Positions 1 to 11,960 of a stretch of 64,000 nucleotides of DNA are shown here, one piece after another. Position 1 is the first letter of the stretch. Each line of letters opens with the position of its first letter. Made by a program: the position numbers and the translations under genes. The stretch lies in contig JAWMAR010000384.1 in assembly GCA_036785375.1 (NCBI GenBank), positions 1,054,001-1,118,000 on the forward strand, read 5' to 3'. The notes beneath the pieces are model-generated. The model saw only the letters and a list, made by a program, of their open reading frames with translations. It searched no databases and was not told where the DNA came from. This stretch comes from Leucoraja ocellata. Its lineage: Eukaryota.

Positions 1-352
1 TTTCAATAATTAGTAATTGTTTGCAGTTTGGATCCTTCCACTGTTCAAGATGACTGCCTGGCTTTTTGAGTTCACATTTATTACACTTGGCAAGAGCTTC
101 TCTCTCAGTGCAGCAAGTTCTGTGAATTACTTTGAGTGAAATCATTGCTGCCAATATAGAAATGGGAGTTGGCCATTTTGCCCCTTGAGGCTTTCCACCA
201 TCCAGTGAGATCATGGCAGATGTGTGACCTAATTCCACGTTGTTCATGTTGCCTTGTATCGCCTCCCCTTGTATCCTCTCCTCTCATCCACCCTGGCAAG
301 ATCCCTCAGAATCTTGCACGTTTCAATCAAGCCTCTTACTCTTTGAAACTTT

Positions 353-640
353 GACACAGTGGTGCTGTTGCCTCATGGCACCAGGAGCTGGGTTTGATCC
401 TGACCTTGGGAGATGTCTGTGGTGTTTTCACATGCTTCCTGTGACCGAGTGAGTTTCTGCTGGATACTCCTGTTTCCTCCGACATCCCAAAGACCTGCGA
501 GTTTGTAAGTTAATTGGCCTCTTGTGGTTAATTGCCCCTAATGTATGGGGAGTGGATGAGAAAGTGGGATAGCATATGATTAGTGAAAACTGGTGATAGA
601 TGTTGGCGTGGGCGGAAGGTCCTGTTTTCATGCTGTATCT
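353..640 (+). mobile_element. HE1-like tRNA-derived V-SINE
   Basis: B-box-like gggtttgatcc, V-domain-like core (gtttcctccgacatcccaaagac...ttaattggc) and CR1-like tail cctgttttcatgctgtatct. Confidence 0.7.
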
Positions 641-871
641 ATGAATGATTCAGTGGATACCAATCTAGCTTGATCATTCTTTTAAATATCCTGCCCATTC
701 TGAGTATTATTAAGGTAAACCTTCTCTGAACTGCATCCAATGCATTAACACCATTTCTTCAATTATGAAGCCAATACTCTTACCTATTATCCTGATACGA
801 TTTCATCAGTATTCTATATTACTGAAGCTTAACCTTCTTTATTAAATCCCCATAGCAATAAACAATAACAT

Positions 872-1250
872 TTTGCTGGAGGAATGGGTAGCATCTGTGG
901 AGTGATTGGACAGATAACATTTCGGGCTAGGACCCTTCTTCAGACTGATGGAGTAAAGGGGGGGATACCTAGTAGAAATAATGGAGGTAGCCCAAGCCTG
1001 GAAAAAGAGAGGTGGCTATACATACTCCTCCCATCTGCCATTCAAAGTCCCTCTGACCTGCATACACTTATCATTTGCCAGGCTTTGTCCCGCCCCATCA
1101 CTTTTCCAGTTTTCTCCCTGCTACTACAATCAGTCTGACAAAGGGTTCCTACACAAAATGCCCATTCACTCCATAGATGTTACCTGACCCGCTGAGTTCC
1201 TCCAGCACTTTGTGTTTTACTCAGGATTCCAACATCTGTAGAGTTTTTGT
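872..1250. mobile_element. Inverted pair of Penelope-like terminal repeats
   Basis: Minus copy ~872-955 (ttcgggctaggacccttcttcagactgatg) followed by plus copy ~1000-1250 (cagtctgacaaaggg...gctgagttcctccagcactttgtg). Confidence 0.65.
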
Positions 1251-1699
1251 GCCAATAACATTGTTGGTTTACTTGCTATGCCTGCTAACCAGCTTTTTGC
1301 AAGCTATGCAGTAGAGCACCGAGGGACCCTCTACATCTCAAATATCTGCAATCTCTCAGCACTTAGATGAGTTTTTATTTTACCAAACTGTTCTTTTCCA
1401 CTTATTTGAACCATCTGTATCGTCTTTGCAACTTGGCTTCACTGTTTACTTTCCTACCAACTCTGTGCCATCAACAGATTCACCATTAGCACCTCCATTT
1501 CATTTGTATAAATGTAAAAAAAAAAAAATTGCATTTGCTAACCATAGAGAAGCCATGTATGCAAGCTGTCTCTTTCATGTTGCCAGCGATTCTGCTATCT
1601 GTACCAAATATTTCACCTTCTACACCATGGATTTTCTGCAATAACCTTCAATGTGGCATTTTAACATATTGAAGGACTCATTCCTCCAAAATGGATGCC

Positions 1700-2860
1700 C
1701 TCACACTCTGAGTCAGTCATATAATACAGACATATAATCCTTCAGCCCAAAGAGTCCATATTGAACAAGATGCCCCATCTAAATGTTCCATTTTCTCATA
1801 TTTGGCCCATATCCATGTAAATCTTTCTGATCCATCAAATGTTATTTTACCCGCCTCAACTATTTCCTCTCATAGATCGTTTCATATACCCACCACCCTC
1901 TGTGTGGAAAAAGCTGCCCATTGGGTTCCTATTGAACCTTTTCCCCCCTCGCTTTAAACCTATGCCCTTCAGTTTTTGATTTTCCCCTACCCTGGGGGAA
2001 AAAAGATTGTATACATTCACCCAATCCATTGCCCTCACAAATGTATACGCCTTTTACAAGATCACCTATCGGTCTCCAGCCTTCAAAGGAATAAAGTGTT
2101 GAATACAGTATTCTAAGTGTAGCCGTACCAATACCTTGTACAACTGTAACATAAAGTCCCAACTTCTATACTCACTGACTGACGAAGGCCATTATGGCAA
2201 AAGCCTTCTTCATCACCCTTTATCTACCTGCGATGCCACTTTCAGCAGACTATTTATTTCTATTCCTAGGTCTCTCAGCAGACTATTTATTTCTATTCCT
2301 AGGTCTCTCTGCCCTACAATACTTCTCAGGGCCCCACTGTTCACTCTGCAGATCCTGTCCTGGATTGACTTCTCAAAATGCAGCACATAACACACCTGCA
2401 TTAAACTCCATGAGCCATTCCTTGCCCAGTCTATCGTGGTCCTACTGAAATTCTTTAAAACCATTTTCACAATCTATGATACCACCTATTTTAGTGTCAT
2501 CTGTAAACTTACTAATCATGCCTAATATATTCTCATCCAAATCGTTGACCAAGATGACAAATTCATGAGCCACAATCTCCCATGAACGAAACCATGCTGA
2601 CTATCCCTGATCAACCCCTATCTTTCCAATGCATCTATGTCTTCCCCTCAGAATCCTCTCCAGGAAGTTTTGTACCACAGATGTTAGGTTTAACCATATA
2701 TAAGTTCTTGGGTTTTTCTTTGCAGCCCATTTATACAGAGGCACAACATTAGCCACCCTCCAGTGCTCTGGCACCTCACCTGTGCACTGGAATCTGTTTT
2801 TCACAATTTAATCTATTCACATAATCTATTAACATCTCTGCAGCATGCACACAATTTCCA
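1700..2860 (-). mobile_element. CR1/HER1-like LINE fragments
   Basis: The minus strand gives RT/3' relics (WRVANVVPLYK...KNPRTY..LNLTSVV, GIGLKRGGKRFNRNPMGSFF). tgtcatctgtaaac is the reverse of an F(A/T)DD motif. Confidence 0.75.
2242..2307. repeat. Perfect 33-bp tandem duplication inside a CR1 relic
   Basis: tcagcagactatttatttctattcctaggtctc occurs twice in tandem. Confidence 0.9.
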
Positions 2861-3039
2861 TGTAATTTTATTTTAATCACTGGCAAATTTGAATCATGTT
2901 ATCTCATTTATACTCGGAGATTGCAACCATAATCCTTGCAGGAGGGCCTCCTGTCAAACAGAATTTCTGCTTGCCACCTTTACGCTTTCTGGTCACATTG
3001 CTCCAGTCACCAGGGTTTAATTTTTTTTATATCCATTGC

Positions 3040-3255
3040 TGCCCGAGTAGAATTTGTACATTCTCCCCTTCACCTTGTGGGTTTCCACCAAGTGCTCAGT
3101 TGCCATCCACTTCTGAAGGACATGTAGATCAGTAGGTTAATTGACCATTAAATTGAATCTGGTGTATGTGGGAGTTAGTGGGAATGTTTGGATTAGTCTA
3201 TTTGGGTGGATGAAAGTCAGCAGGATTTCGGTGGACCAAAGGGTCTGTTTAACAT
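3040..3255 (+). mobile_element. Truncated V-SINE
   Basis: gaatttgtacattctcccc...gtgggtttccacc...gttaattgacc...taaattg. Confidence 0.55.
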
Positions 3256-4576
3256 CTCTGATTGCTGTTTCTTCACTTGCACTGATTTTCGTGTCAGTTT
3301 ATTCAAGATGTCTATTTCTGGCTTCTTCCACCTGGAATACACTGTTCAAAGTAGTTATTTAACCTGTTTGCTCATTTTTATTTGCAATATTCCTATTATC
3401 ATTTTTAAGTGGTTCTGGCTACCCGTTCCCCCTAATATGATTCCTGTTCTCTCCTTTATGTTTCTTCCTGTCCTTTTTACTTTTTTTCACTTTGGCTCTC
3501 CAAGTGGCTAGAATTTCTGCTAGATTTTGGATGTTTTAAACACTTTCCTCTTATTTTGTGTTGCTCCTGACCATTTTAGTCCTCCATGACTATTTTCTGT
3601 CATCAAGCATGTTCCAGTTTCCACCCAGACTGGAAGGATGTGTAAATTGGTAGATTAATTGGCAACCGAATTGCCTCGAGGGGAATGGATGGGAATGTAG
3701 AATTGATCTCAATGGGTGGTAGATGGTTGGCATTGACTCATTGTGCCAAAGGCCTTGTTTCCATGCCTCATGACTTTATGATATGATAAGTGACGTTCTC
3801 ATCTCCAGATGAATTGCCAATGTATCACATTTAATTCTTTGCAACACCTCCCACTGGTCGTCTGTCATCCTGCCCATTAGCAAATGTGCACATTTTTTCC
3901 TGGACAGTCTGCCTCATTGCATTGAAGCTAATCTTGTCTCAATCTAAAATCTTAGTGGCTTAATGTTTTTCCCTTTCGAACACTGCATTAAGTTCTGACA
4001 ACTATATTTTTAAACCTGGGAACCCCTTTGTGTGATGTGGTAAAATTAGAAGTAGGATGCAATTATGAAAAGTGTTTTTATTGTGTTTTTATAATTAGAG
4101 CAGAGAAGCGGGTGGGCAGAATGAATCAAACCCCCCTCAGGGCGGCAGGTGCTACAAATATGTTGGGAACGTTAACTCGTGTTATGATGACTAATGTTCA
4201 AGCATTGTTAGGCTCTTAGCTCGATCTGACTCAATACTCATTATTAAATCCAATGTGGTCTGTCAGTTCTGCAGAAAATAGACGTAGAGAATTATTTTGA
4301 ATGTTCTTGTGTGAAATGCAAAATAGGCTTTCAGCCCATCATGTCTGTGCTGGCTTTAAATGAGTTCTCCAGCCTGATTCCCATCTTGCAATGCCAGGTC
4401 CATGGCCTTTAGCTCACTGTTATTCAACCGCACATCCAACAGTTGTTTAAATGTGATGAGACTTATAGCCTCTATGAACCTTTCTGACTGTGAGTTCAAC
4501 ATCCAACTCCTCCCTGCTACACCCCTCCAAAAAATTGAATGTGAACTCTCCACTAAGAGACAAAGTAAATGGAAAG

Positions 4577-4776
4577 ACACTAAAAGCTGGAGTAACTCAG
4601 CAGGGCAGGCAGCATCTCTGGAGAGAAGGAATGAATGACGTTTCCGGTCGAGACCCTTCTTCACCCGAAACGTCACCCATTCCTTCCTTCCAGAGATGCT
4701 GCCTAACCCGCTGAGTTACTCCAGCTTTTTGTGTCTATCTTTGGTTTAAACCAGCATCTGCAGTTCCTTCTTACAC
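4577..4776. mobile_element. Fold-back Penelope-like terminal repeat insertion
   Basis: TSD AAGTAAATGGAAAG at 4563-4576 and 4777-4790. About 70-bp inverted arms (~4576-4650 vs 4664-4735). Nested in a CR1 relic. Confidence 0.8.
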
Positions 4777-6029
4777 AAGTAAATGGAAAGGCCATTATGG
4801 CCCCTCATAATTTTGTGTACCTCAATTAAGTCTCCCATCAGCTGCTTCTGTTTGAAAGAAAACAAGCATAGCTCATCCAGTGTTTACTATTAGCAAAATT
4901 GTTCCAGTCCTGGCAACGTCGCCATAAATCATCTCTATGCCCCTCCAGTGCAACCACCTTTCTGTGGAATGGTGACCAGGGCAGCATGTATTTTAGTAGG
5001 CTAAGGTTTAGCTATACTTTATGTAATGCAAGCATAACCTTCTGATCTATTGTTCTGTCAATTGTCTATTTTTCAAATTCATTTTTGGGTACTGGGTACA
5101 GTTTGATTTTTTTGATTTTTTTTGGGGGTGTTTTTCTCCAGCTTCCAGCACCTATTGTCTCTTGCATCTTCATGAAGAACTTTGCCCACATCCTCTATCT
5201 CCAACCATTATTGCCTACCTACTAGTTTCCGCTTGGTCTCTAATAATTTATCTTTTGGAGTTTAATGGTTTTTATGAGCCAGTATTTTCACCACTCCTTC
5301 TGTTTTTAATCACCATTTTAATTACACTCTAGCACTTGCACGTCCAGTTTTCTGGTTGGCGCCTGATTATAAACTTCCTTTTTTCTCCTTATCTTAATCT
5401 CTGCACCTTGTCACTCATCTAGATTTGATAGGTCAACCCTCTTTGTTTCCCTGAATTTTTCAATCTCGTCCATGTATGTCTGAGATTTGTTTTACTTCTC
5501 CAAATTCAGTTTGGTTTTACTAATTTATTCTTCATCTAAAATAATCAACCTACGTCAATTTAGAATCTTTGATTCACTGCCTTTGTCGTGACCTGTTTTG
5601 TTTCATCTCAAATGATATGGACATTAAAATCTCACATTAACCGTCCTTTTTTTTGTATTAAACATCCAATCTACATACAAAGGGTATGTACAACCTCCAC
5701 TATTATCTCAATTTATTATTTCTACCCACGGTGTCCACTCATGTAATCCTTCCTTATAATTGTAGCCATTTCATCGATGATTAGATGATTACTTCTAAAT
5801 TTTTCCTTAAAACTGTGAATATTTTGTTCCCATTCCTGGCTCTTTTGCAGCCATCTCTGTTCTATTCCCAATTGATAACAACCATGTAAATGTATGGCTG
5901 CTGTTAATTCACTTTGTTCCATATATGTTTGGGTGAAAATACTTACTTAGGCAGCTGACTTGAATCTCCAACATGACATTAATTTATCTTCTTTTTAGCT
6001 GCTTCATATATTTTCATGCCTCACTTTTG

Positions 6030-6360
6030 TGTGCCCCACCTGAATATGCAATCATTTATCCCTTTCCACCTATATCCTTCCTCTGGCTTCACAATTTGTA
6101 CCTCTTCTATCCAGATCACACATTGTCTTTTCATTTCTGGCCTTTGTCCAGTCATCTGCGAATCAAAACCCCCTTTGCCTGTATCCACCTATCACTTCCA
6201 GCTTTCTCCCCCTGACCACCAATCACCACATTCAGTGTAAAAAAGAGCCCTGACCCAAAACAGCGCCTATTCGTATTTTCCAAAGATGCAGCCTGCCTTG
6301 CTGAGTTACTCCTGCACTATTCATTTGGTAAACCAGCATCTCTGTTTCCTTGTGTCCTCG
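6030..6360 (+). mobile_element. Older Penelope-like 3' fragment
   Basis: Degraded core plus gctgagttactcc...aaaccagcatct tail. Confidence 0.55.
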
Positions 6361-7222
6361 TATCTTTGAGTATTCATTTTACCCGTGGCTCCAAAGTGCA
6401 ATTTCTAACTTCAACCATATTTCCACATCTTTTAGTTGGGAAGGGTTACTCCTTTTTTGGTCCTCCGTTTGAATTGCCAACTCTTGCCCTTCCCTCTTTA
6501 CTCTTACATCATTTAAAGTCCTCCTTGCATCCATTCTCCTTGCACAGATTACAGTTGTGCGTGGAGTCCATTTTATCAGTGCCATTCCTTGTTCCTAGCC
6601 TAGGGTTGGTGTGGTTGAAAACTCACGTTCCCACATATGTCATTGGGAGCATATGGTATGACGTCCTCTGACAAGTAAATCATTTTTCTTGTGTGAACAA
6701 TCATAGGATTGAATACGTAACCATTAAAACCTAGTTATTTTTTGTGATTTATGACAATCTGATTTGTCATTTTTTGTGATTTATGACAATATGACAATAT
6801 TGTTTTGTTGGTGGGCATAATTTTTGTAATTGAGGTAATTAACTTGTGTTCTAATCTTACAATTAAAAATATATATTTCAGAGTTCAACCCAGTCAGTGA
6901 TATTGTACTTTGAGATGCATTTTATTTTAATTTGAATAGTATATAACAGATGCAGCCTATCAGTCTGTAGCTGATCTGCATTGTTTTTGTCCATGGCTAT
7001 TCATGACCATTTTTAAAAGATTTTGTATTTGATTATATGCATATTGTATACATGCATATAGATGTTTTCAGTTCTAGTGCATTTAGATTTGCAGCCAAAT
7101 GCAAGTGCAAATTACATTATCGATTTCCACTTGGAGAGATCACAGGAGTGTGGTTGCTTTTAATTCTGTAAAATGTGCTTTTGATCAAGGATGCATCTCT
7201 ATTCTTCTGTTCTGTTTTACAG

Positions 7223-7273
7223 GTGTAGGGAAAAGTAGCCTCTTACTACGATTTGCAGATAACACATTTTCAG
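7223..7273 (+). CDS. RAB35: RAB35 coding exon 2 (exon 1 lies upstream of the window)
   Basis: ttttacag|GT...TCAG|gtaagc. 51 nt encoding (G)VGKSSLLLRFADNTFS(G), the P-loop end, matching vertebrate Rab35. Confidence 0.97.
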
Positions 7274-7433
7274 GTAAGCACAATTGGATTCTTGTTTTCA
7301 TCGTTTAATATGCAGTGCTTCATTCCCGTGAGGATAGGAATTTTCAATTTGCAGTTTCTTCAGGTTTTTTCCTTTGTCTTTTATTCAGATGTAGTAGGGT
7401 GACATCTTCCTTTTAACTCCTAGAAAATAATTA

Positions 7434-7605
7434 CTTAACATCATCACTAAAGAAGATGATTTGGTTGTTTTATTACTTTGTTATTTATGTGATCCTGATG
7501 TGTGATTTTTTTTTTGTTTTCTATATTACAACAGTGACTACACTATAAAAGTAAGAGGTGTTTTATTCGTTACAGAGCACTTTGAGATTTCCTCAGGTTA
7601 TAAAT
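7434..7605 (+). mobile_element. Old Deu-SINE/L2-tail-like relic
   Basis: tattacaacagtgactacact...agcactttgag...tcctcaggtt. Related minus-strand relics near 14000-14260, 15325-15520, 24290-24620, 27870-28170 and 53220-53450. Confidence 0.5.
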
Positions 7606-8039
7606 TATTATCCAACATCGTTGAGCTTAATATTGTTCAGAAAATTATAGTGTCCCTGTGAATGTAGGTTCTTTGTTTTTTCTTTTCATATTTGTTTCTT
7701 TCATTACTTTCCAGGTGTGTTATCCCAAGCTGTCATAATTTACCACTTTCATCAATTTCAGATCAATGCACTAATTCTTCTCCAATCCTCCCATCACAAG
7801 ATGATTGCATCAAATTCTTAACTGTTCAGACGGTCTTGGGAGTGTGAACTGTACATTTGAAATGTGCTCACTATTGTAATGAAAGGCATTTAACAGTGGT
7901 TTTGGTTTATAAAATACACTGGTCAGTAATGAGAAATAGATGCTGGATGATGAGCCCTTAGGGAGCAGTTTATGCAGCATTTAAGCTTCGGTACTGTGAG
8001 TTAATTTGATTAATTGTACACAATAGCTATTCATAGTGC

Positions 8040-8169
8040 GTAAGAAGGAAATTAAGATGCTGGTTTACACCGAAAATAGACACAAAAAGCTGGAGTAACT
8101 CAGCGGAACAGGCAGCATGTCTGGAGAGAAGGAATGGGTGATGTTTCGGGTCGAATCCCTTCTTCAGAT
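8040..8169 (-). mobile_element. Penelope-like terminal repeat fragment
   Basis: TSD TATTCATAGTGC at 8028-8039 and 8170-8181. Minus strand begins tctgaagaagggattcgacccgaaacatc. Confidence 0.78.
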
Positions 8170-8707
8170 TATTCATAGTGCTTGTGACATCGTATTGCAT
8201 CTCTATTCTTTGGAATCTTCAGGGCACTGCTGGACCTCAAGATAGACTGATGCTCTCATTCTAAGAGTTGCAATTGTATAACATCCTTTGATATTGTGAA
8301 AAGTCTCTTAAAGATACATTAGTTCCTCACAAATTAACTACATAGAAAGGATGCAGTTGGATGTCAGTACATGTTTCCTGCACTGTTCTCTCATTGGTGC
8401 TTTTACAAATCAGTATGTTGAATATAATGATAGGCTCCTTTTAGGTTTTGTGTGCCAGTTGAATGGCACCACTGCGGATCATGCCTTTTGCCCTGCACCT
8501 GTTTAACGCCCTTCTTTCCCTTTGTCCCACAAGAATGCATTTGTCATTATCCAGAGAATTATGGAGGTAACACCGAGTCATACAGCATGAGAATAGGCAC
8601 TTGCCAACCAAGATGCCCCATCTAAGCTAGTCCCATTGCCTGTGTTTGGCCCATATCCCTCAAAACCTTTCTTATCCATGGATCTGTTAAAACATGACTC
8701 TTCATAT

Positions 8708-9009
8708 TCTTAACATCATCACTAAAGCAGATGATTTGGTTGTTTTATTACTCCCAGTTTTGCTAGCCCTTGCTGTCTCCTCCCCTTCCTTAACCCTCGA
8801 GCTGTCTCCTCCCATTCCCCCCCGCCTTCGGGCTCCTCCTCCTCCCTTTTTCCTTCCCTCTCCCCCCCACCCCCCATCAGTCTGAAGAAGGGTTTCGGCC
8901 CGAAACGTCGCCTATGTCCTTCGCTCCATAGATCCTGCTGCACCCGCTGAGTTTCTCCAGCATTTTTGTCTACCTTCGATCTTCCAGCATCTGCAGTTCC
9001 TTCTTGAAC
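8708..9009 (+). mobile_element. Penelope-like retroelement 3' terminal fragment with 5' captured sequence
   Basis: TSD ACTCTTCATAT at 8697-8707 and 9010-9020. Pyrimidine-rich tract, hammerhead-like core, and the family tail ccagcatctgcagttccttctt. Confidence 0.75.
8875..8916 (+). ncRNA. Minimal type-I hammerhead-ribozyme-like motif in a Penelope-like terminal repeat
   Basis: CTGAAGA 8882-8888, extra A, stem II GGGT-TTCG-GCCC, GAAA 8902-8905, palindromic ACGT in place of helix III, TC with predicted cleavage after 8909. Stem I catcagt/gcctatg has an internal loop. Confidence 0.6.
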
Positions 9010-9568
9010 ACTCTTCATATGATCCGCTTTCCCCTTTTCTTCCATACTGACTTGATGCTTATGCAGATATTTTTGGTGATTTCTTGTCTCAATTTGTCAG
9101 TGCTGAAATATTTTTCAAAACTGTCGCATGGCAACGTGCTACATGGTAGTTGTAACTTTACCCAGCCTAAAGTTTTACACTGTTGGTATTTTCAATGACA
9201 TATTAGCTATACTTTCCAAGAGCAACGTTTTACAAGAAATGTTATGGACTAAGCAATCAATGCTTTTCTCCTCTGCCCTTCGATGCACATGTGTGTGATG
9301 CCCACTGCAACAATTGCATTTCTGCTTGGTTGAGGCCACTGTAAGGCATTGTTTTGACCTGGTTTATAAATGGCAAGCTGTTTATAAAAGCATAAAATGT
9401 TACATTATTTAAAGTCGGGCCAATATGAGAAAGAATCAGTTACATTTTCACAGCAATGATCTCTCAATGAAAGGTCACTGCCTTTCAGTGTAGTTTCTCT
9501 CACCTCAAATGCTGCTTTTTATGTATTTCCAGCACTTTCCATTATTCTTTCAAATTTACAACATCTGT

Positions 9569-9803
9569 AGATAGACACACAAAGCTGGAGTAACTCAGCG
9601 TGACAGGCAGCATCTCTATAGAGAAAGAATGGACTGAAGAAATCTGAAGTCTCGAACCCAAAACTGAATTACGTTTCGGGTCGAGGATCTCAGGCTACTT
9701 CTTCCCATTCCTTCTCTCCAGAGATGCTGCCTGTCCCGCTGAGTTACTCCAGCTTTTTGTGTCTACCTTTGGTTTAAACCCGCATCTGCCGTTCCTTCCT
9801 ACA
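9569..9803. mobile_element. Fold-back Penelope-like insertion nested in an older copy of the same family (~9465-9825)
   Basis: TSD TACAACATCTGT at 9557-9568 and 9804-9815. Inverted arms surround a scrambled centre. Confidence 0.75.
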
Positions 9804-10078
9804 TACAACATCTGTTGCACTTTTTGTAAAAATCCAACTTGTTATTTTGAATGTTGTGCTTTTAACGGGAAAGGAATGCTAATGTTTATACATCATGTTT
9901 GAGTGAAAACCCGGTTACTGTCGGGAAGCAGTTTACCCTAGAAGTTAATTAGTCTAATTCCTCTGCTAGGCTTGTATTGATCTTCTGACAAAGTCATCGG
10001 CTAAACTAGCTTGAATTTTCTGCTTTGTCTTTTTGCATCAGAGCATGCAAAGATATATCTTTCTGGTGTGAATTTTAA

Positions 10079-10234
<156 letters not shown>

Positions 10235-11399
10235 TGAGTGCAGTTCCCACCCAGGCCAATTTATAGACTAATGCTGTTAACCTTCGTTCAAGTATCGTCT
10301 TAAAGGCGATGGTCTTTTGATTGTACAATGGAGTGGACTGCTTACTTGATAACTGGAATCCATAGCTCAGGTCATAAAAGGATTATGTGGGTCACTTATT
10401 ATCATTGCCTTGGAAAGTTGGAATTCTTTGCAGAGAATAATGTAACAATTATTGTGTTTCCGATAGTATCAATTCCACATGAAAGCAAAACAATTTTTTA
10501 ATTAAAATGTATATTCATTGTTTCTGCTATGGGGGAAGAAAAGAAGTTTGTGATAACTGGCACAGATTAAAATAGTGCAAATATACACACTATTTAGAAT
10601 CGGATCTCATTCCTCCTTTAAGGAGTGATTTAAGAAATGTGGACAAAACAGTAGACGTGTTATCTCTTGAGAAATACTTGAAGGCTTATCTCCACAGCTT
10701 TGTTTGAAGGCTGGATTTTTTAGTTCGCATTCAGCCCTGTGTTCTTGGACCATGTCACACGTCAGACGTATCAGTCAAAATTGTGAACTGATCTTGAACC
10801 GCCAACCCACAACTCTCCAACTTGGAGTGTTAAGAAAATGTTGCTGTTAATTAATGCACGCTTGTGTTTACCTTGTGATGACAACTTTTGGGGGGAGATT
10901 GGATACATTAATGAGAGGTCAGACTTTTAGTGTTGTACATCCAATTCCAAATGTCCATTTGTTCTTAATTCCATTACTGTGTTGTAAGGAGCCTTGTCTT
11001 GAGGCTGGAAGATTAACAGCAGGTTGAAATGCAAAAGCATTGATGGAGTCATTGAGTTCACGTGACAGAGCTTCATTCATTGAAGCTTATTAAAGACTTG
11101 GTTTCAGAGCAATTCAAGAGGCAAATAAATTCAGAAACATTGACAAATTATTGAGAGATGTACACTGAGCAGAAAATCTAAGGAAGGGTTGAACATTTTT
11201 TCTACCCTTTGGCCATATGTGGAAGATTAGGAATGTTGAAGAAACTATCAGTTCAATTTTGACTTTTGGCTTTTTAAAGCAAACCGTGCAGTTAAAAATC
11301 ATATATAACTTTTTGCCCATTTCTAACTTTTATCACACTTCTTGCTATTGAACTCTTTCCCTGGAAATACAACCAACTGTATTTTAAATCCATGCTCAT

Positions 11400-11960
11400 T
11401 TAACAGTTACATCACGTAAACGGGCCCTTTTTGGCCAATTTGGCCAACCAAGTTGCCTAATCTGAGTCATCCCATGTGTCTGTGCCTGACCCATATCCTT
11501 CCAAATATTTCCTATCCATGGATGTATCAACGTGTCTTTTAAATGCCATAACTGTACCTACCTCTGCTTCTTCCTTTGGGAGCTCATTCCATTTGTGCAG
11601 CACCCTCTAAGGAAAAAAAAAAAGCCCGAAGGTCCCTTTTAAATCCAACTTGTCCATGCTTCCAAAAATGCCCATCTAAGGTATTATTTGCCCACATTTG
11701 ATCTATATTCTTGAAACCTTTCCTGTCCATCTTGGATAGCCATAACTATTTAGTCCCAATTCTTGTACTTAATACATGATGCTGACGCCGCCTTCACCAC
11801 CCTGTCTACTTGTCACCACTGTTATGGAACTGTGTACCTGCATCACTAGGTCTCAGGTCAACAACACTCCCCAGGGCCCCATAATTTACTGTTCAAGTCC
11901 CGTCTTGGTTTGCCTTGCCAAAATGCAGCACCTCGCCTTTATCTGAATTAAACTCTATGC
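11400..11960 (-). mobile_element. CR1-like LINE 3' fragments
   Basis: cccatatccttccaaatatttcctatccatg...ccaccctgtctacttgtc...gaattaaactc. Confidence 0.6.

Noticed and set aside
6738-6798. Short local duplication tttttgtgatttatgacaat
   Set aside because: An ordinary slippage duplication with no further structure.
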